Shown here piece by piece: positions 41,819 through 52,049 of a DNA stretch of 52,049 nucleotides. The stretch is from an uncultured Deinococcaceae bacterium (lineage in GTDB: Bacteria; Deinococcota; Deinococci; Deinococcales; Deinococcaceae), in the NCBI GenBank assembly GCA_964252075.1, contig CAXULY010000011.1:1-52049 (forward strand), in the 5' to 3' direction. Numbering within the stretch: position 1 is the first letter of the stretch; each line of letters starts with the position of its first letter. A program made the translations under genes and the position numbers. The notes under the pieces are model-generated. The model did not search any database. It worked only from the letters and a program-made list of their open reading frames with translations, and was not told where the DNA came from.

Positions 41819-44494
41819 TCACACCTCCCGCAGCAGATCCTCCAGCGCCACGGTGCGCCCCGCCTGCCACGCGGCGGCGAAGGCGTCCCGGCCGAGCTGG
41901 GCTTCTCCCTGCGCGGCCGCCCGGTCGCTCCTCATCTGTTCTGGTGTGGGACGCACCACGGAAAGCCTTTCCAGGTGCGCGGTCGCGGCGCTCAGCAGCT
42001 GAACGGCGAGCGCCGCGCGGCCCTCGTCCAGCGCCAGCTGACCGAGTTCGTCGAGCGCCTCCGGGATGAGCTTCTGGTACCCCCGCCGCATCAGGCTGTG
42101 GATGGCCTGCAGGAGGTGCGCGCGGGCCTCCCCGTACTCCCCGAGGCCGCGCAGCACGGCGCCCAGGTTGACGAGCACCGCGTCCTGGTCACCTCCAGCC
42201 TCGCGCTTGGCCGCCAGGGCGGCCTGCAGGGTGGCTTTCGCGGGCAGCAGTTCCTTCATCTCGATCAGGATGGCCCCCAGGTTGTTGAGGCTCGCGGCGA
42301 TGCCGGGCTGGTTCCCCTGCGCGACGAACGCCCGGTGCGCCTGCTCGTAGTGGTGCCGCGCGGGGGGCAGGTCGTGGCGGCGCCACGCGACCTGCCCGAG
42401 CAGCAGGTGCGTGAGGGGCGCGGGCACGCCGCGCGCGTCGTCGTGCGCCAGTGACGCCGACATGAGCGCGGCGCTCGCCTCGTCATCCCCGAGGTTCATG
42501 GCGACCTCGCCCGCGCTGCGCAGCGTCCTCGCGAGTTCCGGCGGGCTGAGCGTGGTCTGCTGCTGCAGGATCAGGTCGTACCAGTGGCGGATCTCCGGGA
42601 GGGCCGTGCCGCGCACCCAGAAAGGCCGCAGCGTGTTCAGGCAGTCGGCGGCGGACGCCGCATCCCCGCGCCGCAACCACTCCGCCAGGGACTGGCGGAT
42701 GTTCTCGAACTCCTGGTGGACCCGCTCCGTCCAGTCGCCCTCGGCGTCGTTGGCGCGCAGGGCGCCCCCGGCGCGGACCACGAAGGCCTGCATGTGCGCC
42801 CGCCGGGCGGCGGTCGTCCGCTCTTCCACCGCCGCGTGCGCCCGCAGGTGCTCGGCGGCGAACTGCTGAATCAGAGGGTGCAGGCGGTACCGGTGGTCCG
42901 CGGTGACCTCCACGAGCGAGGCGTCCACCAGCCGGCCCAAGGCGGCGCGGTCCGCCTGCGCCACGTCCCGCGCCGCGTCCGCCGTCCAGCCGCCCGCGAA
43001 CACCGACAGGCGCGCAAGTGCGGACTGCTCCGGACCGGGCAGGCGCGCCCAGCTCTGGTTGAACACGGCGCGCACGCTGTGGTGGCGCGGCTGGCCCGAG
43101 GTGTTGCCCTCCAGCAGGTCCAGCGAGTGGCGCAGTTCCTCCTCGATCTGCGCGAGCGGCATGAGGCGCACCCACGCCGCGGCGAGCTCCAGCCCGAGCG
43201 GCGAGCCGCCCACCGCCGCGCAGATGCGCCCCACCACCTGCAGGTCCTCCAGGCCCACCTGCAGGTCGAGCTGCTGGCGGTGGGCGCGCATCAGGAACAG
43301 TTGGGCGGCCTCCGCCTGGCGCACCTGATGCGCCGTCGCCCGCTCGGGCGGCAGCGTCAGGCCCCGCAGGTGCAGGGTCCACGCTTCATCCAGGGTCAGG
43401 CGCTCCCGCGACGTGACCAGCACCTTCACCGACGGGCACGCGCGCAGCAGCTCGGACAGCCACCCGAAGCCCCCCTCGAACAGCTCGGCGCTGTCCAGCA
43501 CCAGCAGCACCGACCGGCGGTTCAGCAGCAGCAGCACGCCCTCCAGCGGGTCGGTGGCGGTCGGCTCGGAGGTGCGCAGCGCACGCGCCAGCGCGGTGGG
43601 CAGCTGCTGAACGGTCATGTGCGGCTCCACCTCCACGAACGCCACCTCGTCCCGCTGCGGGAACACCCGCGCCGCCTCGCGCGCCAGCCGCGTCTTGCCG
43701 ATGCCGCCCGGCCCGACCAGCGTGACCAGCCGCACATCCGGCATGGCGAGCGTCCGCAGGAGGACGGCGCGCTCCTCCCCGCGCCCCACGAAGGACGTGC
43801 CGTAATTCGGCAGCGACGCGGCCTCCCCGCGCCGCCAGCGGCCATCCAGCAGCTCCGCGCGCGCCTCACCCACCGTCGGGAGGGGCAGGCCCTCGCGCCG
43901 CGCCAGCGCCAGCAGCGGGGGTGGGGGCGCGAGGGGCCCAGCGGCCAGCAGCAGCAGCGACACCCGCAGCTGCTCCACGGTCGGTTCCGTCGCCTCCGGG
44001 AGCTCCACCGCGCGCGCCGCCGCGTCGGCGGCGGCGCTGAACTCCGCGCGCTGCGCGTCCAGCAGCGCGAGGTCCAGCAGCGCGCGCCGTTGCTGGTCCG
44101 CCAGCCGCTCCCGCGTGCGGTACAGCCACCCCTCCAGCTCCACCGTCCACTCCGGCAGGCCCACGCCCAGCATGAAGGCCCCCGCGTACGCGGCGGTGCC
44201 GCGCGCCAACTCCCCACTTCCCAGCAGCAGCTGGAACTCCGCGGCGTCGCACGCGATGCTCGTGGCGACCACGTCGCGGTCGGTCCTCAGGACGTCCGGA
44301 ACCGCCTGCCGCAGGCGCCGCAGGGTCGTGCGCAGGCTCGCCGCGCCGCCCGCCTCGCCCCCGAAGAACACCTCCACCAGCTGCTCGCGCGCCTGCGGCC
44401 CCTCCAGCGCGAGGTACGCGAGGAGCATCAGCGGTTTCGGTCGGGTGAACGCCGCGCCGCTCAACCCCAGGCGCCCCAAGGTCAGCAGTCGCAT
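41819..44494 (-). CDS. SARP/AfsR-type STAND regulator (wHTH-BTAD-NB-ARC ATPase-TPR)
   Basis: [10 protein letters not shown] wHTH, SFVGR, Walker [38 protein letters not shown], TPRs (ASLNNLG). Leaderless TAAAAT-N5-ATG. Confidence 0.9.
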   Translation of the reverse strand: MRLLTLGRLGLSGAAFTRPKPLMLLAYLALEGPQAREQLVEVFFGGEAGGAASLRTTLRRLRQAVPDVLRTDRDVVATSIACDAAEFQLLLGSGELARGTAAYAGAFMLGVGLPEWTVELEGWLYRTRERLADQQRRALLDLALLDAQRAEFSAAADAAARAVELPEATEPTVEQLRVSLLLLAAGPLAPPPPLLALARREGLPLPTVGEARAELLDGRWRRGEAASLPNYGTSFVGRGEERAVLLRTLAMPDVRLVTLVGPGGIGKTRLAREAARVFPQRDEVAFVEVEPHMTVQQLPTALARALRTSEPTATDPLEGVLLLLNRRSVLLVLDSAELFEGGFGWLSELLRACPSVKVLVTSRERLTLDEAWTLHLRGLTLPPERATAHQVRQAEAAQLFLMRAHRQQLDLQVGLEDLQVVGRICAAVGGSPLGLELAAAWVRLMPLAQIEEELRHSLDLLEGNTSGQPRHHSVRAVFNQSWARLPGPEQSALARLSVFAGGWTADAARDVAQADRAALGRLVDASLVEVTADHRYRLHPLIQQFAAEHLRAHAAVEERTTAARRAHMQAFVVRAGGALRANDAEGDWTERVHQEFENIRQSLAEWLRRGDAASAADCLNTLRPFWVRGTALPEIRHWYDLILQQQTTLSPPELARTLRSAGEVAMNLGDDEASAALMSASLAHDDARGVPAPLTHLLLGQVAWRRHDLPPARHHYEQAHRAFVAQGNQPGIAASLNNLGAILIEMKELLPAKATLQAALAAKREAGGDQDAVLVNLGAVLRGLGEYGEARAHLLQAIHSLMRRGYQKLIPEALDELGQLALDEGRAALAVQLLSAATAHLERLSVVRPTPEQMRSDRAAAQGEAQLGRDAFAAAWQAGRTVALEDLLREV

Positions 44495-44516
44495 GCCTCA
44501 TTTTAGGGCGGCCGTG

Positions 44517-44549
44517 GTCACGCGGCGGTCACGCCACCGCCCGCACCAT
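44517..44549 (+). promoter_or_regulatory. SARP-type heptamer direct repeats + -10
   Basis: GTCACGC-N4-GTCACGC-N9-CACCAT, with a third GGTCACGC at 44564, in the gap divergent from the SARP gene. Confidence 0.7.
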
Positions 44550-44603
44550 GACGCAGAAGCGCGGGTCACGCCGAACGCGCCGCTTCACGAAAGGAGCATC
44601 ACG

Positions 44604-45425
44604 ATGCCGCACGTCACCACCGCAGATGGCACCGAGCTGTACTTCAAGGACTGGGGCAGCGGGCCCCCCGTGGTGTTCAGCCACGGCTGGCCCCTGAACG
44701 CCGACGCCTGGGAGGACCAGATGCTGTTCCTGTCCCAGCGCGGGCACCGCACCGTCGCGCACGACCGCCGCGGGCACGGCCGCTCCAGCCAGCCGTGGGG
44801 CGGCCAGGACATGGACACCTTCGCGGACGACCTCGCCGCCGTCATTGAGCACCTGGACCTGCGCGACGTCGTGCTGGTCGGGCACTCCACCGGTGGGGGA
44901 GAGGTGGCGCGCTACATCGCGCGGCACGGCACCGCGCGCGTGCGCAAGGCGGTGCTGGTGAGCGCCGTGCCGCCCCTGCTGCTGCAGACCGATGCGAACC
45001 CGCACGGCGTGCCGATGGAGGCGCTGGACGGCATCCGCGAGGGGGTGCGGCAGGACCGCGCGCAGTACTTCCGGGACTTCCCCGCCGCCTTCTACGGCGC
45101 GAACCGCCCCGGCTCGAAGGTCAGCCAGGGCGTGCAGGACGCCTTCTGGCGCGCGGGCATGCAGGCCAGCATCGAGTCGCTGTACGACTGCGTGAAGGCG
45201 TTCTCCGAGACGGACCAGACGGCGGACCTGGAGCGCTTCGACGTGCCCACGCTGATCATTCAGGGGGACGACGACCAGATCGTGCCCATCGAGGCGACGG
45301 CGCTGCGCTCCGCGAAGCTCATCAAGGGCGCCGTCCTGAAGGTCTATGAGGGCGCGCCGCACGGCCTGCCCACCACCCACAAGGACCGCCTGAACGCCGA
45401 CCTCCTGCAGTTCATCCAGAGCTGA
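44604..45425 (+). CDS. cpo: Non-heme chloroperoxidase / arylesterase (alpha/beta hydrolase)
   Basis: [55 protein letters not shown]. Confidence 0.88.
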   Translation: MPHVTTADGTELYFKDWGSGPPVVFSHGWPLNADAWEDQMLFLSQRGHRTVAHDRRGHGRSSQPWGGQDMDTFADDLAAVIEHLDLRDVVLVGHSTGGGEVARYIARHGTARVRKAVLVSAVPPLLLQTDANPHGVPMEALDGIREGVRQDRAQYFRDFPAAFYGANRPGSKVSQGVQDAFWRAGMQASIESLYDCVKAFSETDQTADLERFDVPTLIIQGDDDQIVPIEATALRSAKLIKGAVLKVYEGAPHGLPTTHKDRLNADLLQFIQS

Positions 45426-45628
45426 CGGCGCCCCAGCGTGAAGGTGCGCAGCGCCAGCCGCGCGGCCAGCGTGCCGAGTCGCCACGCACCCGTCATTTCG
45501 CCCGCCTGGGCCGCACGGCACCCCGGCATGCAGGAACCCAGCTGTGGCCCACTCAACCCTCATGCACAGCAGGCCACTGCACAGCCCTGTCTCCCCGCCC
45601 CGCAACCTCACCCATTCAGGAGGACCGG

Positions 45629-46357
45629 ATGTCAGAATCCATCACCATCGTGCTCGTTCACGGCGCCTTCGCCGACGCGGGAAGCTGGGGGCCCGTCACG
45701 CGCCACCTGCTCGCCCAGGGCCACACCGTCCTCGCGCCCCCGGTGTCCAACCGCAGCCTCCTCGACGACGCCGCGTACATTCAGTCCTTCGTGGAGCAGA
45801 TTCAGGGACCGGTCCTGCTGGCGGGCCACTCCTACGGCGGGGCGGTCATCACCGTGGCGGGCGTGGCGCACAACGTCGTCGGGCTGGTGTACGTCTCCGG
45901 CTACGCGCTCGCGGAAGGCGAGAGCCTCGCGCAGCTGCAGGGCGGCTTCCCGGACTCCGACCTGAGCGCCCACCTGGTGTACGCCCCGTACCCCGTGCGC
46001 GGCGCGGCGCCCGGCACGGACGTGTCCGTGAACATCGACGCCTTCCCCGAGGTGTTTGCCGCGGGCCTCGACCCCGACACCGCGCGCGTGCTGGCGGTGT
46101 CGCAGCGGCCGCTGTCCGCCGTGGCGTTCGGCGAGGCCGCCCCGGTCGCGGCGTGGACGTCCAGACCCGCCTGGGGCATCGTCTCGTCCGCGGACCGCAC
46201 CATCAACCCGGACGTGGAGCGCTTCGGGTACAAGCGCGCCGGCGTGCGCCGCGTGACCGAACTCGACGCGCCGCACCTCGTCATGCAGACCCACCCGGTG
46301 GAAGTCGCGGCCGTCATCACCGCCGCGGTGGATGAGCTGACAGCCGCTTCGGCCTGA
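45629..46357 (+). CDS. Alpha/beta hydrolase (Abhydrolase_6)
   Basis: [14 protein letters not shown] nucleophile, D and H (DRTI, APHL); SD AGGAGG. Confidence 0.9.
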   Translation: MSESITIVLVHGAFADAGSWGPVTRHLLAQGHTVLAPPVSNRSLLDDAAYIQSFVEQIQGPVLLAGHSYGGAVITVAGVAHNVVGLVYVSGYALAEGESLAQLQGGFPDSDLSAHLVYAPYPVRGAAPGTDVSVNIDAFPEVFAAGLDPDTARVLAVSQRPLSAVAFGEAAPVAAWTSRPAWGIVSSADRTINPDVERFGYKRAGVRRVTELDAPHLVMQTHPVEVAAVITAAVDELTAASA

Positions 46358-46559
46358 CGGCTCAATGCGTGTGGGCGGGCCGGGAGCTCCCGGCCCACCC
46401 GGTCGTCGCACCCGCACGTGGCCGTCCACGTGCCCTCTAGAAGAACGGGCGGTCCACGTGGGGTCGGTGCTGGACGTCGTGCCTTGCGCGGCAACCTCTG
46501 CCCTAAGCTGGACCGGAGTCGCGGCGGTGCGCCGGGGCTGTTCCCGTCCATACTGGGGT

Positions 46560-47813
46560 GTGAGTGGCATTCGGAGCGGTCGTGAGCGGCAGGGTCACAT
46601 TTACGTGCGGGGTCTGGGCGGTCAGCGCCCGAGGGTGCCGACGGCCCCCGTCCCCCTGGAGGCCGCCGCCGAGCGGCACATGCGGCCCGACGCCTTCGCG
46701 TACGTCGCGGGGAGCGCGGGCGCGGAACGCACGGCCCAGGCCAACCTCAGCGCGTTCGAGCGCGTGCACCTGCTGCCGAGGCGACTCGTCGGGCGTGAAT
46801 CCCGTGACCTGAGCGTGACGCTCTTCGGGGAGACATACCCGGCGCCGCTGCTGCTCGCCCCCGTTGGCGTGCTGGAACTCGCGCACCCGGACGCGGACCT
46901 CGCGGTGGCGCGGGCGGCGCACCACGAGGGCATCCCGTACGTGCTGAGTTCCCAGGCGTCCCACCCGATGGAGCGCGTGGCGGCGGCCATGAACGGCACG
47001 CCACACTGGTTTCAGCTGTACTGGGGAACGGATGACGGCGTGACGCGCTCGTTCGTGCAGCGCGCGGAACGCAGCGGCGCGCGCGCCATCGTGGTGACGC
47101 TGGACACCACGCTGCTCGGCTGGCGGCCCCGGGACCTCGACCGGGGTTCCCTGCCGTTCCTGCGCGCGCAGGGCATCGCGCAGTACCTTTCCGACCCGGT
47201 GTTCCGCTCCCGCCTGAGCGTGCCGGTCGGCCCGGCGGGTGAGGCGCCGCCGGTGTCTGCCGCGCTGCTGCGGGTGGCGGTGCAGCACCTCGCGAAGGCG
47301 CGGGCGTTCGGCCTGAGCGCCGCGCAGGTGCGGGCGGCCTGCGCGCGGTTCGTCGCGACGTACACCAACCCGGCGCTCAGCTGGGACGACCTCGCGAAGC
47401 TGCGCGCCTGGACGGGTCTGCCGGTCGTGCTCAAGGGCATCATGCACCCCGACGACGCGCGCGAGGCCGCGCGGCGCGGCGTGGATGGCCTGATCGTCTC
47501 GAACCACGGCGGTCGGCAGATTGACGGGGAGCGGGCGACCCTGGACGCCCTGCCGGGCGTGGTGGAGGCCGCCGGGGACCTGCCGGTCCTGATGGACAGC
47601 GGCGTCCGGACGGGCGCGGACATCGCGAAGGCCCTCGCGCTGGGCGCGAGGGCGGTGCTGCTCGGCCGCCCATACGTGTACGGCCTGGGCATTGCCGGTG
47701 AGGCGGGCGTGCGGGAGGTCATTCAGAACACGGTGGCGGAGTTCGACCTCACGCTGGGCCTGCTGGGCGCGCGCGCCGCCAGCGAACTGGACGCCCGCTT
47801 CCTGGCCGGGTGA
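46560..47813 (+). CDS. FMN-dependent alpha-hydroxy-acid oxidase (lactate 2-monooxygenase-like)
   Basis: YVAGSAG, LAPVG, WFQLY, TLDT, LKGI, SNHGGRQ, DSGVRTG, GRP. Start GTG inferred from CATACT-N5. Confidence 0.9.
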   Translation: MSGIRSGRERQGHIYVRGLGGQRPRVPTAPVPLEAAAERHMRPDAFAYVAGSAGAERTAQANLSAFERVHLLPRRLVGRESRDLSVTLFGETYPAPLLLAPVGVLELAHPDADLAVARAAHHEGIPYVLSSQASHPMERVAAAMNGTPHWFQLYWGTDDGVTRSFVQRAERSGARAIVVTLDTTLLGWRPRDLDRGSLPFLRAQGIAQYLSDPVFRSRLSVPVGPAGEAPPVSAALLRVAVQHLAKARAFGLSAAQVRAACARFVATYTNPALSWDDLAKLRAWTGLPVVLKGIMHPDDAREAARRGVDGLIVSNHGGRQIDGERATLDALPGVVEAAGDLPVLMDSGVRTGADIAKALALGARAVLLGRPYVYGLGIAGEAGVREVIQNTVAEFDLTLGLLGARAASELDARFLAG

Positions 47814-47865
47814 GCCACGCGGCGGTGCGGGTAGAGGACTTGAGGGTCAGGCCCCTCCGTTCGCT

Positions 47866-49650
47866 TCAGCGCGCGGCGCCGCTCAACCACCGCCGGACGC
47901 CCACGGTGCAGGCGGCCAAGCCGGCGGCCGTCATGGCGAGCGCCACGCACTGCCCCCACGGCGCGGGAAGGTACAGCGCCAGGAACCAGCCGCGCGGCGC
48001 CGCGCCGTGCGCCTGGAACGCGAGCGGCACCAGGCCCTGCGGCACCAGCGCCAGGGTGCCCAGCCACAGCAGCAGGAAGACCCGGTGATCGGCTCTGGGT
48101 CGCGCATTCGGTGCCTTCTTCGGCGTTTCCGGTGTGTGGCCGGTCCTGAAGTGTTGAACGAGGTGCGCGCCGCGCCGCTCCAGGCGCCGCGCCGCGAGAC
48201 GCCCGAGGCCCCAGCACAGCGCTGCGCCGAGCGCGAGTGACGTGAGGACGCCAGGCGCAACCCCACCCGCGCGGCCCACGAGTTCGCCCGGCAGCGCGGT
48301 CAGCGCGACCGCGCCGAGGGTCAGGAACAGCAGCGGCGTGCGGGACGCCGCGCCGCCCGACGTGGGCGCGCGCCCGCGCCCGGGGTCCAGCTGGCCGAGG
48401 GGCGCGAGGACCGAGAGCAGCGCCACCACCCCCGCGCCGCCCCCCAGCACGGCGGGCAGGGCGACCGCCACGAAGGTCCAGGCCTGACCGCCGCCCAGCG
48501 CGAGGCCCGCCCCACTGAGGCACGTGGCGAGCGCGCCGACCGGCAGCAGCCAGCCCCACTGGCGCCCGCGCACGTCCGGCCCGCTGCTGCCCGGTCGGCT
48601 GACCGTCAGCCACAGGGCGGTGCCGTCGCGGCCGTACAGGTTCGTGGACAGCGCCGCGGCCATCAGGGTGAAGACCACGCCGGTCCAGGGCAGCACCGCC
48701 GTGGCGCCCACCAGCAGCGGCAGTCCCGCCACGCTGAGCGCGTACCCCAGCGCAAAGGCCAGGATGTACAGCCGGGTTGGGCGGCGGGCCCAGCCCAGCA
48801 GTTCGCGGCCCAGCACCGGGCCGAGCCGCTCGAGGAGCGCGGGCCGCCCATGGACCGCCGGACTCGCGTGACCATCGCGGCGCAGCTCGCGGACCAGCTG
48901 GCGCTGCCACGTGAGGAGCAGCACGCCGCAGGTCATCAGGAAGGCGAGCAGGATCAGGAGCGCCGTGAACCACCGCCCGGCACTCGCGGCCTCCACCAGC
49001 GCCGCGCCCCACCCGCTGGGCAGCCAGCGCAGGACCGCCGCGACCTGCGGGGCCAGCCCGTGCTGCACGACGCCCGAGTGGTTCAGGGCCGCGATCACCG
49101 CCCAGCCCTGCGCGGCGCAGGCCAGCAGCAGCCCCCACACGAGCGCCCCGAGGACCGCCCCGACCCGGCTGTGCAGGGCGCGGCCCAGCAGCAGCGCCAG
49201 CACGTTCGCGATCAGGAGGGTCAGGAGCGCCTGCAGCGGCCACGCGACGAGCGACAGCAGGCCGGGCGCCACGCCCGACCGCCACCCGAGGAGCACCGTG
49301 GCGCCCAGCGCCAGGGCGGTGAAGGCCGGCGCGACCGACACCAGCTTCGACCACGCCAGATGCAGGGCCAGCACGGCGGGCGGGCGCGGCGTCAGCGCGA
49401 GGCTGCGCGGCGGCAGGGGGTCCGGGCCGCCCACCGCCGGCCACACCGCCCAGCCGAGCAGCCACGCCAGGCTGCCGAGCGCCAGCAGGTCCCCGCGGAC
49501 GGACTGCGGGGCGGGCAGCAGACCCAGCGCGAGGGTCGCCACGGCCAGCAGGGTGCCCAGCACCGAGCCAATCCACGTCCAGGCCCCCTGCACGCCGCGC
49601 GCGGACCGCCGCAGCAGCGTGAGGCGCAGTGAGATCAGGCTCGCAGCCAT
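47866..49650 (-). CDS. ABC-2 type exporter membrane protein
   Basis: ~14 hydrophobic segments, LRWLPSGW, NLYGRDG; overlaps the ATPase stop. Confidence 0.8.
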   Translation of the reverse strand: MAASLISLRLTLLRRSARGVQGAWTWIGSVLGTLLAVATLALGLLPAPQSVRGDLLALGSLAWLLGWAVWPAVGGPDPLPPRSLALTPRPPAVLALHLAWSKLVSVAPAFTALALGATVLLGWRSGVAPGLLSLVAWPLQALLTLLIANVLALLLGRALHSRVGAVLGALVWGLLLACAAQGWAVIAALNHSGVVQHGLAPQVAAVLRWLPSGWGAALVEAASAGRWFTALLILLAFLMTCGVLLLTWQRQLVRELRRDGHASPAVHGRPALLERLGPVLGRELLGWARRPTRLYILAFALGYALSVAGLPLLVGATAVLPWTGVVFTLMAAALSTNLYGRDGTALWLTVSRPGSSGPDVRGRQWGWLLPVGALATCLSGAGLALGGGQAWTFVAVALPAVLGGGAGVVALLSVLAPLGQLDPGRGRAPTSGGAASRTPLLFLTLGAVALTALPGELVGRAGGVAPGVLTSLALGAALCWGLGRLAARRLERRGAHLVQHFRTGHTPETPKKAPNARPRADHRVFLLLWLGTLALVPQGLVPLAFQAHGAAPRGWFLALYLPAPWGQCVALAMTAAGLAACTVGVRRWLSGAAR

Positions 49651-50390
49651 GCCAGCTCCCCCTCCACCGCAGCGGGCTCGCCGACGAGGTGCAGGAACAC
49701 GTCCTCCAGCCGCCGACCCTGGCGCACCTCGCCCATCTGTCCGCTCGCGCGCACCTGTCCGCCCGCGATGATCGCCACGTGGTCGCAGAGGTCCTCCACC
49801 AGCGGCATCACGTGGCTGGACAGCAATACCGTGCCGCCGCCCGCCACGAAGCCCTGCAGGATGCTGCGGATGCGGCGCGCGGACAGGGGGTCCACCGCCT
49901 CGAACGGCTCGTCGAGCACCAGGACGCGCGGCGCGTGCAGCAGCGCGGCGGCCAGCCCGACCTTCTTGCGCATGCCGGTGGAATAATCGCCCACCAGGGT
50001 GCTGGCGGCCGCGCTGAGGCCCAGCACCTCCAGCAGTTCCGCCGCCCGCGCCCGCACCGTGGCCTTCGGCAGGCCCGCCAGGAGGCCCAGGTAGGTGAGG
50101 AGTTCCGGCCCGGTGAGCGCCTCGGGCAGTTGCAGGCCATCCGGCAGCACACCCAACTGCATTTTGGCGCGCGCGGGGTCCGCCCACATGTCGTGACCCA
50201 GCACCAGCGCCCGTCCGGCGTCCGGGGGCAGCAGGCCGACCGCCATGCTGAGGGCGGTGGTCTTGCCCGCGCCGTTCGGGCCGACCAGACCATAGAAGCT
50301 CCCGGCCGGCACCTGAAGGTCCAGGTGGTTCACGGCGGCGAACGAGCCGAAGCGTTTCACCAGTCCGCGCAGTTCCAGGGCGGGGGTCAT
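49635..50390 (-). CDS. ABC exporter ATP-binding protein
   Basis: GPNGAGKTT, YSTGMRKK, LVLDEPFEAVD, SSH. Confidence 0.93.
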   Translation of the reverse strand: MTPALELRGLVKRFGSFAAVNHLDLQVPAGSFYGLVGPNGAGKTTALSMAVGLLPPDAGRALVLGHDMWADPARAKMQLGVLPDGLQLPEALTGPELLTYLGLLAGLPKATVRARAAELLEVLGLSAAASTLVGDYSTGMRKKVGLAAALLHAPRVLVLDEPFEAVDPLSARRIRSILQGFVAGGGTVLLSSHVMPLVEDLCDHVAIIAGGQVRASGQMGEVRQGRRLEDVFLHLVGEPAAVEGELAWLRA

Positions 50391-51004
50391 GCGTGCCTCC
50401 GGGTGGCGTGGTCGAAGAGCGCCACGAGTTCATCGGCGTAGTGGGTGAGGTCGAGGTCGGGCCGCGCGACGAGTTGCGCCGCGGCGCCGTCAATGGCGCG
50501 GCGCAGGCTGAGCGCCATCACGCGGGGATCGAAGGAACGGAAGTCGCCGGTGCGCTGACCCCACACGAAGAGCAGCTCGGTGGCCTGCAGGGTGGGTTCC
50601 TCGCTGCTCACGTCGTAGTGGGGCGTGCCGTCGGCCCGCCGGTGGTTGAGCAGCACCTCGGTGACGGCCACCATCTGCGCGCGGTGCGCGTGGATGTAAG
50701 CGAGGTTGCTGCGGATGAGGGCCTCCAGGGTCGCGGTCGGGGTGTCGCGCGTGAGGGTCTCGGGGGCCATGTGCTCCGCGCCCTGGCGGTATACGTCGTC
50801 CACCACGGCCCGCATCAGCTCGTCCTTGCTGGCGAAGTGGTACGTAATGACGCCCTTGCTGATGCGGGCGGCCGCCGCGATGGTCCCGATGGACGCCTGC
50901 GCGTAGCCGCGCGCCGCGAGCACCTGAATGGCGTTGTCGACGATCTGTCGGCGCCGCGCCTGCTCGATGAACGAGGGGGGATTAGTTGGAGCGCCGGTCG
51001 TCAT
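50387..51004 (-). CDS. TetR/AcrR family regulator
   Basis: SFIEQARRRQI..GYAQASIGTIAAAARISKGVITYHFASKDEL. Leaderless TAAAGT-N6-ATG. Confidence 0.92.
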   Translation of the reverse strand: MTTGAPTNPPSFIEQARRRQIVDNAIQVLAARGYAQASIGTIAAAARISKGVITYHFASKDELMRAVVDDVYRQGAEHMAPETLTRDTPTATLEALIRSNLAYIHAHRAQMVAVTEVLLNHRRADGTPHYDVSSEEPTLQATELLFVWGQRTGDFRSFDPRVMALSLRRAIDGAAAQLVARPDLDLTHYADELVALFDHATRRHA

Positions 51005-51013
51005 AAGCACACT

Positions 51014-51031
51014 TTAGTACGATCGTGCTGA
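51014..51031. promoter_or_regulatory. Putative TetR autoregulatory operator
   Basis: Imperfect palindrome TTAGTACGATCGTGCTGA abutting the -10. Confidence 0.6.
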
Positions 51032-51455
51032 AATTGGAAGGGTCGTACGAAACGCCCGATGCGACGCGGCCGACAGTTCCCTAAGACCGACGACCTGCGG
51101 CCCGTCACATCGCTCAGGAGGTAGGGGCCTGCTGGTGCAGGAACCAATCGCCATACACTGTCCGGCATAGGGCTACGTCCTGTCGAACGTGCCGACCACG
51201 CGGTGGATGCCATTCAATCCATGCCGTCGCAGGGCCATTCAAACAACGCCTCTGAGGCATTGCAGGTGGCCGTCGGCTATAAGGCAGAAGCGATCATTCA
51301 CCAACTCCTTGCGGATGTATTGATCCGATAAGTCGACAGGGAGTGTGCAGCACTTCACCAGCGCTGTGCCAATGCATTCCGCGGCCACCTACAGTAGATG
51401 CCCAGAGCGCGGCCCGCAGCCCCGTGGCAGGTCAGCGCTTGCGCTGTCCTGAACC

Positions 51456-52049
51456 CTATGAGGGCGCCAAGTTGGCTTGCAGGCGGTTCAGGCTGCCCCG
51501 CCAGTTCGCTTTCAGGGCCTGCACGGCGCCCTCCACGTCCCTTGCATGGAGGGCGCCGAGGAGGTCGGCGTGCTCGGCCAGGGATGCCTCGCCGGAGGTC
51601 GCCGCGTGGAAGTACGCGCGCTCCATGCGGCGGAGCTTGCGTTTGAGGGTCCGGAGTGTGCCCTGAAGTTCAGAGTTGCCGGAACCCTCGATCCAGACGT
51701 CATGGAAGGCGGTGTCCGCCTCCACCGCCGCCTGCGGGTCCTGCTGGCGCAGGGCCTCGTGCAGCCGCACGTGGAGATCGCGCAGGTGCTCCAGGTCCTG
51801 AGCGGTGAAGTGCGGCGCGGCGAGGCGCAGCGCGAGCACTTCCAGCGCCTCCACCACGGGATACAGCGCGGTGGCCTGCTCGGCGCGCAGGGGCGCCACG
51901 CGGGTCCAGCGGTTCAGCGCGGTTTCGACGAGGCCTTCATCCTCCAGGCGCCGCAGCGCCTCGCGCACGGGCGTGCGGCTCACGCCGAGTCGCGTGGCGA
52001 TGTCCTGGTCGCGCAGCGGCTCTCCAGGCGCGAGCGTGCCCTCAATGAT
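51456..52049 (-). CDS. GntR family regulator, FCD type (5' end outside window)
   Basis: IIEGTLAPGEPLRDQDIATRLGVSRTPVREALRRL HTH; ADTAFH and EH FCD motifs. Confidence 0.9.
   Translation of the reverse strand: MIEGTLAPGEPLRDQDIATRLGVSRTPVREALRRLEDEGLVETALNRWTRVAPLRAEQATALYPVVEALEVLALRLAAPHFTAQDLEHLRDLHVRLHEALRQQDPQAAVEADTAFHDVWIEGSGNSELQGTLRTLKRKLRRMERAYFHAATSGEASLAEHADLLGALHARDVEGAVQALKANWRGSLNRLQANLAPS

Noticed and set aside
51130..51331. Open stretch ...ADHAVDAIQSMPSQ...LLADVLIR*
   Set aside because: No convincing start or family; at most a remnant.
1..52049. CRISPR arrays, tRNA/rRNA genes, transposases, integrases
   Set aside because: No spaced repeats, RNA-gene signatures or recombinase motifs were found.

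Overview
GC-rich (~70%) accessory-type region, most likely from a Deinococcus. Three features point there: a PRC-barrel/DUF2382 gene, many leaderless genes (TANNNT-N5-7-ATG) and a 17-bp RDRM/DdrO-like box. From left to right it holds: an actinobacterial-type vanRS + vanY + lipoprotein + MacAB-like efflux module with a VanR-type box; a SARP remnant; a twice-frameshifted secreted TPR gene; YbjN and DinB genes; a four-gene putative copper/Fe-S envelope operon (YtkA/FixH lipoprotein, polyferredoxin membrane protein, two N-terminal-His anchored proteins); cphA broken by a 106-bp insertion; an operon of a ubiquitin/MoaD-like protein ending in Gly-Gly plus a ~1,580-aa DUF4132 protein, with an RDRM-like palindrome over its -35; MFS pumps; an orphan peptide-binding protein + M42 peptidase; secreted hypothetical proteins; SDR/regulator pairs; ilvD; a SARP-STAND regulator divergent from a cpo-like hydrolase; a lactate 2-monooxygenase-like gene; a TetR-ABC exporter; and a partial GntR gene. 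The best candidates for an undescribed system are (1) the putatively DNA-damage-inducible Ubl(GG)-DUF4132 pair and (2) a shared heptamer-N4-heptamer-N9-(-10) promoter architecture suggesting a SARP regulon. Family assignments come from motif recognition only; no database searches were run.
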